Positions 50,281 through 64,000 of a stretch of DNA of 64,000 nucleotides are shown here, piece by piece. The notes beneath the pieces were generated by a model, which saw nothing but the letters and a program-made list of their open reading frames with translations, was not told where the DNA came from and made no database searches. Each line of letters starts with the position of its first letter. The first letter of the stretch is position 1. Made by a program: the position numbers and the translations under genes. The stretch lies in the NCBI RefSeq assembly GCF_001194135.2, contig NC_068985.1:83355041-83419040 (forward strand), read 5' to 3'. This DNA is from Octopus bimaculoides (Eukaryota).

Positions 50281-50601
50281 ATCATCATCATCATCGTTAT
50301 TATTGTTGTTGCTGTTGTTGCTTGTCTGTTGTGTGTATGTGTCTGTCGTGGAGTTGTATATGCATCTATGTGAGCATGTGTGTTTATTTGTTGTCCTTCT
50401 AACCTGCATTAAATATACTTAAGATATCGCAATGTTAACGATAAAAACAACAACAACAGCAACAACATCAACAATTGCAGCAATAACAACAAAATAAAAT
50501 AAACAAACAAATATAAAGGAATAAATCATAAAATAAAATAAGCTGTACATTTTAAAATTGCATGTCACTTTTATTGATGTAGATTCTCTCTCCCTTGTCC
50601 C

Positions 50602-50638
<37 letters not shown>

Positions 50639-50816
50639 ACTCTGTCTACCTCTGTCTCATGCTTTCTAATTTTCTTTTACTTTCACTTTCATTTTCCTTT
50701 TTCTTCTGACTCTTTTTCCTTCACTTTTCTTTTTCCTGTTCTTTCACGCACAATGTCTTTTATCTTTCTTTGAGTTAGACTACATGCATTGTCAAACACA
50801 CACACGTCTGTCCATT

Positions 50817-50854
<38 letters not shown>

Positions 50855-51082
50855 CACACTCTCCCCTTCTCTCTCTATTTTTCTCTCTGTCTCTTTCTTT
50901 GTCTCTCTCTCTCTCTCCTTGCTTTTGACACACATATGCACATACATGCAATTGCAGTTGCATTCCTCTTACAATCTCCCCCTCTGCTACACACAAACAC
51001 AGGTAGCTATATATATATATATATATGCACACCTGCTTTCACATATGCATTCATTCACATGCACCCATACCTTCACACACAT

Positions 51083-51119
<37 letters not shown>

Positions 51120-51550
51120 TACACATACATATTTTTCCTCTTTCTCATATTCACACCATCGGGCAAGCATATGCACACATACAAATACTTAAACACGCAT
51201 ACACGCATACATGCTTTCATTCTTCCTTAGTTCCTCTCACTCCTCGTTTTTTTACACATACAAATTTGCATGCATATGCACATAAAATACTAATTCTCTC
51301 TAAACTCACATATGCAAACACACACACACACACACACATACATACAGACATAGATACACAGAACATTTGAACACTTTACCCCTTCCTTTAACACCACCAC
51401 CCGCTTCTGCATCCCAGTTGTCCCACTCTCTTACCTTCTCTGTTCTATACAATACCATATTTCGTAAGTCTTTAAATTGAATAATCCTAATTCTTTGTCG
51501 CTTAGATCAAAACGCAAATAAATTCTAATGCCTCAGAAATAGCAGAAAGT

Positions 51551-51611
<61 letters not shown>

Positions 51612-52397
51612 GAGAGAAAGACAAACAGAAATGATTTTCAGATCTATTAAAATGATAACCAGCCAGGCAGCCAGCCAACCAGCCTAGCTTATGAAACCAG
51701 TGGATCTGTATGTTACTTTTAGTGCAAAAAACTGCTTCCATACACCTCTTAAATTATCCCTTACCATCTTGAAAATAAAGGGCTACTTTGGATAACGTGG
51801 TCCTAGATCAACAGTGTCCAAGAGAAGAACTTTGCTGTTGTAAGCATCACACATGGTCTTTTTGATAGAATGCACCCATAACTAAAAGACTCTAACTGTT
51901 ATTTGCCAGCAAATATTGTTTAGTTGGTAGTATTACCATGCTTTCACTAATTGCTTTAGGTAGCTGTACCACCCTTGAGCCCACAAAAATACCTGGGATG
52001 TGACTGACGGAGAGAGAGCAGAGGGCTGCATCAGCACTTGGCTGGTACAGTACTCATTTACACTTAGCCTTAAACTAACATGAAATGAAGTGCTTTGGTC
52101 AAGTATGCAACATCCTACCTAGTCCAAAAATTGAACCTATGATATTATAATTATGAGAGACAAATACCCTCACCGTCAGGCCACATACTGTCACATAAGA
52201 ACGTTTGCGTATCAATTGTTATTTAGAATATATAGCAAAGTTAGAAATATGTGTTTAGGTGCAGGCGTGGTTATAGGGTAAGATGTTTGCTTCCCAATCA
52301 CAAACCACATGGCTCTAGATTTAGTCCCATGTGTGTGTGTCTGATCAATAGGTATCCAGACTGTGTGTGTGTCTGATCAATAGGTATCCAGAATGTG

Positions 52398-53269
52398 TGT
52401 GTGTCTGATCAATAGGTATCCAGACTGTTGCCATACTAACAAAGCTGAAGCAAGCAGAACAAAGCTGCTTGTCAAAGATTGACCTTGAACTCTGCTGTGC
52501 ATGCGCATTAAGTTTTAACATTCTAGTTCACTTCTGCTGTTTATAGTAGTGCTTGGAAGGAAGGTGTGTAGTGTGTGATCATCACATTGACCATGACAGA
52601 GAAAGTTGTCATGGCAATACCTGCTCAGAGGCTTGTACAAAGTTGCAGAAAGTATATGGAGAGGAGTGTATGAGCCACACACAAGTATGCGAGTGGTTCA
52701 GGCATTTCCAAGATGGCCAAAAGAATATCGATATTGATAAACACTCTAGGAGACCCATAACCAGCAGAACTGAGAAAAAACATTGCAGATGTTTTTCTTA
52801 GTTATCAGAGAGTTATCAGAGGATGTGCAGGTTTGTTACATTTCAGTTCAGTCCATTATCACTGAAGATTTGGGTATGAGATCTGTGTCTGCCAAGTTTG
52901 TGCCAAAACAGCTTTCAGCTGACCAAAAATACACTCGGATTTCAGTTGCACAAGATCTCCTTGATTGTGTCGAGAACCATGAAACCTTTTGAAAAATTTG
53001 CATAGACCCCTCAGCAGGTATTGCCAAGCCTTTGGCAAAACTTGATGCAGATTCTCTCCTAACTTTCTCTGTCATGGTCAATGCAACAATCACACGCTAC
53101 ACACCTTCTTTCCAAGCACTGCTGTTAGCAGCTGAAGTGAGCTAGAACATTAAAACTTAGTGCACATGCACCAGCAGAGTTCAAGGTCAATCTGTGCCAA
53201 GTGCTTCACTTTGTAAGCTTTAGCTTCGTTACTGTGGCAACAGTCTGGATACTTATTGATCACACCGTA
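52398..53269. mobile_element. Mariner foldback derivative made of two 5' ends, inserted in a SINE
   Basis: Left arm about 52398-52655, right arm about 52983-53269 inverted. The middle encodes the transposase N-terminus (EWFRHFQDG, EDLGMRSVSAKFVPKQLS). Host SINE head at 52258-52329 and tail at 53270-53495. Confidence 0.85.
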
Positions 53270-54496
53270 TGTGTGTGTGTGTCTTTGACTGTACTTGTCC
53301 CCTATCACAGCTCCACGACCAGTTTTGGTGCGTTTACATCCTCATAACATAGTGGTTTGGCAAAAGAGACCAAAAGAATAAGTACCAAACTTTAAAGAAC
53401 AAAAGTACTGGAGTTCATTTGTCCTACTAAAATCTTTTAAGGCACTGCCCCAACATGGCTACAGTCTAATGACTGAAACAGATAAAAGATAAGATACCTA
53501 TTCAGCCTTGACACACTAGTCTCTCATATGCATTGAAGATATGAGTGAGCTGTAAGAGAAAACATTACATATTCTCAAATTCGACTGAGGTCGACTTTGC
53601 CTTTCATTCTTTCAGGGTCGATAAATTAAGTACCAGCTGCATACTAGGATTGATCCAATCAACTGGCCCCCTCCCCGAAAATTCTGAGACTTGCGTCTAG
53701 AGTAGACCTCAGAGGTCACTCCCGTTTACCATTACCAACACCGTCACTACTACTACTACTACTACTGCCAACAATTCAAGTCAATGCACTAGACCGCCAT
53801 TATGTCCCCACACAAAAAAAAAACCACTCCCACGTGGACTATGTTGACACCAGTAAGAAACAATTATGAACTTTTCTTTTAATTGCATTTATTAAAAAAA
53901 GTATGTATTTTTGATAAGCTTTGTTTTTTCAAGAACCAAAACATGTAAAATATCTCTGAGACAGTTATAAATTAAAATTTATTTTATATAGTGGCGTTTT
54001 CAANNNNNNNNNNNNNNNNNNNNNNNNNNNNNNNNNNNNNNNNNNNNNNNNNNNNNNNNNNNNNNNNNNNNNNNNNNNNNNNNNNNNNNNNNNNNNNNNN
54101 NNNNNNNNNNNNNNNNNNNNNNNNNNNNNNNNNNNNNNNNNNNNNNNNNNNNNNNNNNNNNNNNNNNNNNNNNNNNNNNNNNNNNNNNNNNNNNNNNNNN
54201 NNNNNNNNNNNNNNNNNNNNNNNNNNNNNNNNNNNNNNNNNNNNNNNNNNNNNNNNNNNNNNNNNNNNNNNNNNNNNNNNNNNNNNNNNNNNNNNNNNNN
54301 NNNNNNNNNNNNNNNNNNNNNNNNNNNNNNNNNNNNNNNNNNNNNNNNNNNNNNNNNNNNNNNNNNNNNNNNNNNNNNNNNNNNNNNNNNNNNNNNNNNN
54401 NNNNNNNNNNNNNNNNNNNNNNNNNNNNNNNNNNNNNNNNNNNNNNNNNNNNNNNNNNNNNNNNNNNATTTATATTATTATTATTATTATTATTAG

Positions 54497-54536
<40 letters not shown>

Positions 54537-54829
54537 AAAAGAAAAAGGAACAAAACACTTAAAAGACTTTGGAAAATAACTGACCTGACAAATGTACCTT
54601 TTCATATCTACATATCTGTCTAATTTTCTTTCTATACAATTAGATTTCTCATCAATATATGTATTGTTTTGTTTGTGGATAATTATTATGAATAATTATC
54701 AATACATCTCATCTAATTATCCATCAATCTGTATGTTTGTTTAACCATCTATCTACTTATCTGTCTGTCAGTTCATCTCATGCATGTATGTATGTTTGCA
54801 TGTATGCATGTCTGTGTTTATGTATGCAT

Positions 54830-54948
54830 GTATCTATCTATCTATCTATGTCTCTCTCTCTTCCTCTTTCTCTTTCCCTTTCTCTGTCTATGTCTCTATC
54901 TATCTATCCATCTATCTATCAATCTATCTACCTTTCTCTTTCTCTCGC

Positions 54949-54999
<51 letters not shown>

Positions 55000-55070
55000 G
55001 CCTATCTATCTATCTATCAGTTTGCATATTTAGCCTGTTCTATCTATCTGTCTGTCTGTCTGTCTGTCTG
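54830..55070. repeat. (TCTA)n/(TCTG)n tetranucleotide tract
   Basis: Directly visible. A similar (GATA)n tract lies at 33885-33960. Confidence 0.9.
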
Positions 55071-55968
55071 CTTAACCAACCACCCACCTGCCTACCTACC
55101 CATCTCTCTCTTTCTCTTTACTCACCTATATACTCCTGACCTACTATCATCTATCTATCATATAAGTCTGTTTCCCTTACACTGTTTCCCTAATTCTGTC
55201 CTACTTCTTTTTTCCATTTATGTTTTTATTTCTGTTGGCTTGATTGATTGTTTTGAAGGGTTTTTTTGCTGAAATTTTGTTTTATTTAATTCCACCCCCT
55301 CCTTTTACTTTTTAAAGATATTTTCCTTACCCTTCCTTACTAATTTAACATGATATCCCGTAATTAAAACTGATCTCTTAAGACTTAAGATATTGATATT
55401 TATGTATAATTATCAAACCTTATAGATATGGTTTCAAAAAGATTTATTATATCAATTTTAAAGTAATTAGTAATGCTATCTCATTCAGGTGATTTATAAT
55501 TATTTATTTTTGTACTTCAATTACATGTAATTACAAATATTTATATTATAGATACTGAGGTGTATGTCTTAGTGCCAAAGTGGAATTTTGGGATAAAATG
55601 TAATTTTTATGAAGGAACTCATCTGGAAACTAGAGCACCGATACTTTCAGACATAATTTTTTATATGCATGCATACAAGAACACATGCACACACACACAC
55701 ACGCGCGTGCATGCACACACACACACACACACACACATGCACACATGCATAAGTGCAAGCATGATTGTGTGTAAAAGAAATTAACTTGGTACTCACTTGT
55801 GGTTTTTAGATTCTATTACTGTGGGCCTGGGTCTTCTACCATCACCATGAACTGATAAATGCTTTGTGAATAAAACAGGCAAACAGAAAATGTATGGAAG
55901 CCCTTCATATATAAGTTCATTTGACGAGCCTATGAAATTTTGAATTACATGGAGCCAAATCAAACCAT

Positions 55969-56012
<44 letters not shown>

Positions 56013-56069
56013 NNNNNNNNNNCACACATGCACATACATATATATGTGTGATTGCATTTATGTACATGT

Positions 56070-56590
56070 GCATGAATATTTTTATGGTTTCAAATTCTAG
56101 CTCAAGGCCACCAATATCAGAGGTGTGGGCTAAGTTGATTAAATTCACCCCAGTGCTCACCTGGTACTTATTTTATGAAGCCTGAAAGGATAAAAGAAAA
56201 TGTTGATTCCACCAGCATTTGAACCTAGAATGTAAAGATGAATGAAATGCTGCTAAGCATTTTGCCCAGCATGCTAGCAGTTCTGCCAACTTGCTACTTT
56301 AAGAAAGTTAACCTCAGTGAGATTTGAACTCAGAATGTTAGGAGCTGGAAGAAATACAGCTAAGCATGTTGACTGATGTGCTAATGACTGTGCCAGTCAA
56401 ATAGCTGCTTTTCAAATTTTGGCACAAGGCCAGCTAGTTCAGGAAGTACATGAATCAATTGGTACTTATTTTATCAACTCCAAAAGAATAAAAGACAAAG
56501 TCGACCTTGGTGGAATTTGAACTCAAAGCATAAAAAAGGAATGAAATGCCACTGAGCATTTTGCCCGGTGTGGTAGTGATTCTGCCAGCA
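56070..56590 (-). mobile_element. Cluster of nested or tandem ggtgagctggcag-family SINE pieces
   Basis: Repeated atttgaactcag, ctaagcattttgccc and gattctgccag motifs. Confidence 0.7.
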
Positions 56591-56724
56591 CCAGCACCAG
56601 TTTGTTGCCTTGATGTGGGCATGGATATTGACATTTCTCTGTCTTCAGATGAGACCATTTGCACAAAAGAACCATCATGTCATGTTTACATTCCCTGTGA
56701 ACATTATGTCTCCCATAGCTATGT

Positions 56725-56970
56725 GTAGAGGTGTGTGGTTTAGTGGTTAGGGTATTGGACTCCTGATTATAAGATTGTGATTTCAATTCCTGGACTGGGC
56801 GTCACATTTTGTTCTTGAGCAAAACACTTTATTTCATGTTGTTCCAGTTCACTCAGCTGACAAAAATGAGTAATCCTGTAATGGACTGGTATCCCATCCA
56901 GGTGCAGAATATATACACCATGAAACTGGGAAACTGACCCTTGTGGATCAGCATAACTCAAGAGGGTAAC
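56725..56970 (+). mobile_element. CORE-like tRNA-derived SINE
   Basis: Head tggtttagtggttagg...ttcaattcc and core cttgagcaaaacactttatttcatgttgttccagttcactcagctg. Confidence 0.8.
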
Positions 56971-57147
56971 ATTACTTTATCTATAGCTATGTGTTTTTAA
57001 TGTTTAGTGAAGTACAATCAGTTAAATGTTGTTGACAGGAAGAACATCCAGCTGTAAAGTTGTGCCTCAAATAAGTATTCATCCAAATCATACCAGCAAG
57101 GGGAAATGGTCATGCAAATAAACTAACAAATGAACGCACAAACATAT

Positions 57148-57184
<37 letters not shown>

Positions 57185-58318
57185 GGTTTTGTTGTTGTGT
57201 GTACCTTTGTTTTGCTCGACATTATATGTGTAACTGAACATCACCATCACAAATGCAATATTGATCCCTTCTAGTCTCCCATGGAAACTTATCTGGCCAT
57301 GGCAAACATTAGCTTACTTGTAAACAGGTAAGGGTTGGTCACAAGAAGAGCATTCAGTCGTAGAAAATCTGCCTCAACTGTTTCTGTTCTGGCCCATCAA
57401 AGCATGGTAAAGTAGATGCTAAATTATGATGTTGATGATGATGATGTGTTGTGTGTGTGTGTGTGTCTGTGTGCGTTCCATACATTGATAAGTGCCAATG
57501 CATGAAACTCTAGGCCCTTGAGTCACTCTGTTACTTCTGATGATAATGAATAAAAAATGCATGTATACTCATATTTTTAACTTTACTTTCTTTTATTTTC
57601 CTGTCCAAAGCTATATATATATATAATTGTCTATCTATTTATCTATCTATCTATCTATCTATCACTCCATGCATACATACATGCATACATACATAAACAC
57701 ACACATGCATACATGCATACATACACATATGTCATTCTTATCTCAGAAAATGATGATGTAAGAGTCATATTTCTGTGTTTCAGATACAAATTCAAACAAT
57801 CAAAAAATTCATCAGACACAAAGGAAATCCTACTTCAGTATTACTGAAGCAGATTTCATATGTATGATTATGAAAAAAAAAAGAAAAAAAATCTTTGGTG
57901 TGATAATCATTATCTCCTAGCATCCCAGAATAGCATCATAAATAACCTAATTTATATCAACATAGAATCACAATGTATGTATATTATTTCAAGATTGTAC
58001 ATAAGCAGAAAAGTGAATCTAATTTAGATAGTATAAATATATATGTTGTACACTATCCATTTTTTTAACAAATAATTTGAGATTAAAAATGAATGACAAA
58101 TCCTTTGACAATATCTTCTATACATTATTTAACTGGATATTATATATATATATATATATNNNNNNNNNNNNNNNNNNNNNNNNNNNNNNNNNNNNNNNNN
58201 NNNNNNNNNNNNNNNNNNNNNNNNNNNNNNNNNNNNNNNNNNNNNNNNNNNNNNNNNNNNNNNNNNNNNNNNNNNNNNNNNNNNNNNNNNNNNNNNNNNN
58301 NNNNNNNNNNNNNNNNNN

Positions 58319-58358
<40 letters not shown>

Positions 58359-58374
58359 CATGTATACACACACA

Positions 58375-58405
<31 letters not shown>

Positions 58406-59664
58406 GTACATACATAGGCTGTCTGGATATTATGGAGATGTTAGAGGTGAGTATGTGTAGTGTTAAGAAATGGTGAGACCACATAGAAATAGAGAGTGTG
58501 AGGTAGGTCAGCCGATGGGGGAAGGCGTTGTGAAATGTGTCTAAAGAAATAAATGGCGATAATGGAATATAAACTAGTAAAGAAACACAGGAAGAGAGAA
58601 AGGGAGAAAGAGAAATAGGCAGATACTGTCAATATTAATATGTGTGTATGTGAGAGAGAGAGAGAGAGAGAGAGAGGAAGGAAGATAAAGAATGACAGAT
58701 CATACACTATTCCTGAGAAGAGAGTGAGAGAGAGAGAGAGAGGGAAGGAAAGAGACTGTGTGTGTGTTTTTATATAAAATAAAACTGATTTAAGGAAAAT
58801 ATTGAGAAAGGAAAAGAAAACAATGGTGGTCCTTTGTTAACAGGGAAGCACAGTGGCCCTTAAAATGTTGTACATATATACATACATTCACACACATACA
58901 CACACACATGTTTACATATATATATATATAAACATCTGCATGTGCTTCTGTTTGTGTGTGTATGTGTGTGTGTATGACAGTAGAGGTTAAGATGACAATG
59001 GAAGGGAGAAAGGCTTGGAAGTGTTTCCACAGGAAGTTGTTGTGGTTCAACCCATAATCAAATTGTACCACAAACCTGAGAAATGTGTAACTCAACCAAA
59101 AGCACGTGCTTATGCAGGAATCCTGACACATGTCCACAACACTGTAATACAGAAGTGATAATATACAAGACAGAGGTACTCTTTGTAGATTCATCATAGT
59201 AGAAATACATAAACATTATATAGGCATCACAAATGGAAAATTCTATCGAAGATTTTATAACCATATATCTTTTTATAAATATATACGTAAAAAGAACACA
59301 AAAGTTGCCAACCACAACTGAAATTTAAATGAAACGTTTTTGGGTTATAGTATTAAGTAAAAAATTTTGGACAGATCCTGATCCTAATGAATTAGAAATA
59401 AAAGGTGTAACTGAGCACAGTAGGTCTTTATAACCTTCATTGAGAAGATGTGTATTTAAATGCTAGATCAGAGATAATCAATAAATGCAAACACTTTAGA
59501 AAGCAGGTAATATGCAACAGGGAAATTCCACATTCACCCGGCTAAAATCACATATATGCACAGGTACAAGATATTGCTTTAACTTAGCTTTACTTTGCTC
59601 CCGAGTTTACACCTATTCCTTTACTCTGCACCCGAGTTTACACCTATTCCTTTACTCTTTTACT

Positions 59665-59835
59665 TTCTTTTATTCTTTTACTTGTTTCAGTCATTTGAAT
59701 GTGGCTGTGCTGGAGCACCACCTTTAGTCGAACAAATCGACTCCAGGACTTATTCTTTGTAAGCCTAGTACTTATTCTATCTGCCTCTTTTGCCACACAC
59801 CAGCATTGTTTGTCAAGCGATGTCGGGGAACACAC

Positions 59836-59881
<46 letters not shown>

Positions 59882-60035
59882 GATGGTCTTCTTCCAGTTT
59901 CCATCTACCAACTCCATTCACAAGACTTTGGTCAACCCGAGGCTATAGTAGAAGACACTTGCCCAAGGTGCCACGCAGTGGGACTGAACCCAGAACCATA
60001 TGGTTGGTAAGCAATCTACTTACCACACAGCTACT
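59665..60035 (-). mobile_element. Microsatellite-centred SINE, near full length
   Basis: Family motifs. Confidence 0.85.
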
Positions 60036-60524
60036 CATGCACCTATTATTAACCTACTTTATTTTAAGATTTAGCTTACTTTACTAAACAACCTTCTCTA
60101 ATTTTATTTTTCTCTCCACAACCACATCCTATGGATGGAGATTAATTTCTTTGATCAAACTTTTTTCTCTTTCCCATCAAATTCTATCATGTATGCACAC
60201 ACACACACACACAGCTCTGTGTTTAAGATGTTTATTTGCAACCTAGTGGTTTCAGGTTCAGTCCCACTACAAAATACTTTGGGTAAATGTTTTCTGCTAT
60301 AGTCTTGAGACAAGTAATAGCATGTAAGCAAACTTCTTTTGTATGTATTTATGTATGTACGTTTGTGTGTGTGTGTATGCATCTTTGTGCTTGTCCCCTT
60401 CCCTCCACCACTTGACAATGGGTGTTAATGTGTTTATATCCCTGTAACTCAGTGGTTCAGTGAAAGAGACCCATAGATTACCCCAACCTGGTACTTTTTT
60501 TTTGTCTGATTTTCATGTATGTGC

Positions 60525-60960
60525 ATATGTGGTTGCGTGGTAAGAAGCTTGCTTCCCAACCACATGGTTCCGAGTTCAGTCCCACTGCATGGTACCTTGG
60601 GCAAGTGTCTTCTGCTATAGCCTCAGCCGACCAAAGCTTTGTGAGTGGATTTAGTAGATGGAAACTGAAAGAAGCTTGTCATATATATATATATATATAT
60701 ATACGACAGACTTCTTTCAGTTTCCATCTATCAAAAAGGCAGCAAGCTGGCAGAAGCATTAGCGTGCTGGGTGAAATGCTTAGCAGTATTTCGTCTGCTG
60801 ATATGTTCTGAGTTCAAATTCTGCCGAGGTCAATTTTGCCTTTCATCCTTTTGGGGTCGATAAATAAAGTACCAGTTACATACTGGGGGTCGATGTAATC
60901 GACTTAATCCCTTCGTCTGCCCTTGTTTGTCCCTTCTATGTTTAGCCCCTTGTAGATCGG
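60525..60960 (+). mobile_element. SINE 5' half (60525-60730) followed by a ggtgagctggcag-family SINE (60736-60955)
   Basis: Family motifs. Confidence 0.8.
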
Positions 60961-61093
60961 NNNNNNNNNNNNNNNNNNNNNNNNNNNNNNNNNNNNNNNN
61001 NNNNNNNNNNNNNNNNNNNNNNNNNNNNNNNNNNNNNNNNNNNNNNNNNNNNNNNNNNNNNNNNNNNNNNNNNNNNNNNNNNNNNNNNNNNNN

Positions 61094-61128
<35 letters not shown>

Positions 61129-61129
61129 T

Positions 61130-61436
61130 CTTCGTCATTATCATAATTTAATCTCCATTTTCCATGGGTGCATAATCTGACTGAAGTTAGTAAACCAGAG
61201 AGTTACACAAAGCTGCATTTGTCAGTTTTGGCATGGTTTCTACCACTGGGAGCCCTTCCCTAATACCAACCACTTCAAAGAGTGTACTGGCTGCTTTTTA
61301 TATGGAAACAGCACAGGTGCTTTTAGCATGACACTAGCACAAATGCTTTTCATATGGTACCAGTACAGATGCTTTTTATGTCGTGCCAGCACAGGTACTT
61401 TATTTGACACCAGGAGAGGTACTTCTAATATAACAC

Positions 61437-61440
<4 letters not shown>
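61130..61440 (-). mobile_element. Diverged RTE-tailed SINE fragment
   Basis: cccttccctaataccaaccact and gcttttt...gtgccagcacagg motifs. Confidence 0.6.
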
Positions 61441-61476
<36 letters not shown>

Positions 61477-62540
61477 ACACGCACACACACACACATGTAC
61501 ATATATACAATCAGTTTCTTTCAGTTTTCATCTACTAATTCCACTTAGAAGGCTTTGGGCTATTCGAGGCTATCATAGAGGACACTTACTTGCCTANNNN
61601 NNNNNNNNNNNNNNNNNNNNNNNNNNNNNNNNNNNNNNNNNNNNNNNNNNNNNNNNNNNNNNNNNNNNNNNNNNNNNNNNNNNNNNNNNNNNNNNNNNNN
61701 NNNNNNNNNNNNNNNNNNNNNNNNNNNNNNNNNNNNNNNNNNNNNNNNNNNNNNNNNNNNNNNNNNNNNNNNNNNNNNNNNNNNNNNNNNNNNNNNNNNN
61801 NNNNNNNNNNNNNNNNNNNNNNNNNNNNNNNNNNNNNNNNNNNNNNNNNNNNNNNNNNNNNNNNNNNNNNNNNNNNNNNNNNNNNNNNNNNNNNNNNNNN
61901 NNNNNNNNNNNNNNNNNNNNNNNNNNNNNNNNNNNNNNNNNNNNNNNNNNNNNNNNNNNNNNNNNNNNNNNNNNNNNNNNNNNNNNNNNNNNNNNNNNNN
62001 NNNNNNNNNNNNNNNNNNNNNNNNNNNNNNNNNNNNNNNNNNNNNNNNNNNNNNNNNNNNNNNNNNNNNNNNNNNNNNNNNNNNNNNNNNNNNNNNNNNN
62101 NNNNNNNNNNNNNNNNNNNNNNNNNNNNNNNNNNNNNNNNNNNNNNNNNNNNNNNNNNNNNNNNNNNNNNNNNNTATATATTTATATATATATATACATA
62201 CACACACATATGCACTCACACTTGTGCTGATCATGGCATTATGACAGTATGCATACCTGTGCCTGTATGTGTGTGTGTGTAACACAGAGTAAGGGGTGTT
62301 TGATTGATTAAAGCAGAATTAAGAATTTCTTGTGCTTACTTCTTGTTGCTTTATGAAACAAAATACAAAAAAAAAAAAACAATACAAAAAATACCCAAAA
62401 CAAACAGACGAAACAAAATGTTTATTAGTGAAAAATATTTACTGTTATTAATTTGTTTGTTTGCTTTTGAAGGTGGTGAGGGGGTCTCCTTCCCTCCCTT
62501 TTTTTATATCGAAATCTTTCATTCTTACAATTTACTTCTC

Positions 62541-62587
<47 letters not shown>

Positions 62588-62810
62588 TTGTGAAAATTAC
62601 ACAAAATGTATTTCTTTCTTGATTTATATATTTTATTTATGTTTTTACTTTGTTTTTTTTTAATTTTAATTTTTCTTTCATATCGTATTTGTCTATAATC
62701 TCCATATTATTTTGATCAATGTGTTTAGCTGAATTACGTTCATTATTATTTTGAATAAAAATTAGTACTGCAAGAAAAACTGACATTTTTTAGTCTCTCT
62801 CGCTCTTTCC

Positions 62811-62846
<36 letters not shown>

Positions 62847-64000
62847 ATATCTTTGTCTCCCTTTATATCCAATTCCCCTACTTCCTCCTCCACATTTCAC
62901 ATACATTCACTCTCTTTTGTTTTACTGCAACATATAGTTATATGTGTGTGTGTGTGTGTGTGTATGAGTCTGTATACATATATATGTATATATGTATGTA
63001 TATATATATACATATTTATATGTATATATATGCATATATATATATGTATGTATATGTGTGTATGTATGTATCATACACTCATGTGTATATATATATATAT
63101 ATGTATACACACACACACACACACACACACAAGCACACACGTGTGTGTGTGTGTGTGTGTGTTAATATTTTAGCAGGTTTCTGTCTTATATTTAAAATTT
63201 TTTGTTTTATTTCTCCTTATTGTGGATAGCAGGTGATGGTAGTGGTGGCGTATGGGGTATTATATGGAAAGAAAGCCATTAATATGAAACAATATGCCTA
63301 AAAATGGTTTATCGAAATTTTATGCTTTACCGAAAAACTATCAAGAGAATTAAACAAGAACGGTGGAGTGGGGTAGGTGGGATTGGAGGAAAAAGAAAAA
63401 AACACCAGCAGAAAATTAAAAAACTATATGTATAAAAAGACAAGTATAAAAGAAAGAAAGAATATTAACAAGTTTTGAAAAAGTGAATGATTTTTCTGGA
63501 AATCAATTTTGTTTTACCCATAAAATGACCATAATTACTTAAAAATAAACTAATAGAATAAGATTTTTTAAAAAATGTATACAATATATATATATAATAA
63601 ATAAGTGATAATGATGTTGATGACGACGACGATGATGGTAATGATGATGATGACAGTGATGGCATTAATGATGATAATGATGCTACAATGATCTTGTTGC
63701 GGATGATGGTGATGATGATGAAGCTGAGTATCATGGTAGATTTTCACTAATTTGATGATGATGATGATGATGATGATGGTCACTATGATGACAACAATGA
63801 TGATGATGAAATATAAACAGCCCAAAATGAATAATGGAATGAAAAAAAAAAAAAACTTTTTCAACGGATTAGTGAAACATATTCTCCTTACATTCCATTT
63901 TATTTGTAAGTTTTTAGAATAGTTTTATTATTATTATGTATTCATATTTTTTTGTGTGTCGGCATGTGTGTGTGGGGGGCGGGGTAAGAGGAATAGAAGC

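Larger units (their letters stand above)
1..64000. other. Assembly gaps and dispersed (TA)n/(CA)n/(GA)n/(TATG)n microsatellites
   Basis: N-runs at about 2505-2917, 6819-6926, 10852-11004, 12151-12582, 17918-18347, 19840-20303, 23106-23306, 24343-24985, 28092-28186, 29410-29580, 47024-47645, 49223-49676, 54004-54467, 58160-58318, 60961-61093 and 61596-62174, plus five 10-N gaps. Most abut (TA)n. Confidence 0.95.

Noticed and set aside
58418-58446. 29-nt segment before a strong ag|gtgagt donor
   Set aside because: The acceptor lies in a (TACA)n repeat without a pyrimidine tract, and there is no supporting evidence.
59320-59345. ctga...gaaacgtt second hammerhead-like string
   Set aside because: No stem II or stem I pairing and the core is wrong.
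2323-62285. Long ORFs in the track rich in X, IY, HT, CV, poly-M/I/S/H
   Set aside because: They are read-throughs of N gaps and di- or trinucleotide repeats.

Overview
AT-rich, repeat-dense eukaryotic DNA from a draft assembly with about 21 N-gaps. It is not prokaryotic: there are no operons or CRISPR arrays. The SINE families and microsatellite load look like an octopus (coleoid cephalopod) genome, an inference from recalled repeat families. I can support no host protein-coding gene. Nearly all ORFs in the track are microsatellite, gap or transposon read-throughs, so the window is probably intronic or intergenic. Recognisable content: degenerate LINE 3' fragments from at least three clades (two RTE-type, one CR1/L2-like, one R4/Dong-like with a restriction-like endonuclease), a Penelope-like 3' end, dozens of tRNA-derived SINE copies from about four families, and four mariner derivatives. 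There are also piggyBac-type (TTAA) and hAT-type MITEs, Helentron-associated-like elements, palindromic MITEs, a tRNA-Glu(TTC) pseudogene, a 21-bp minisatellite and many simple repeats. Best leads: a minimal hammerhead-ribozyme-like fold at the Penelope-like end (47682-47718); a full-length tRNA-Glu fused to an RTE 3' tail (3620-3765); a mariner foldback built from two 5' ends with a triplicated TIR (52330-53269); SINEs stacked in (ATT)n tails (29585-31170); and a repeat-free cluster of four CTAATTA homeodomain-type sites (4353-4592). Repeat boundaries were read by eye and are approximate.
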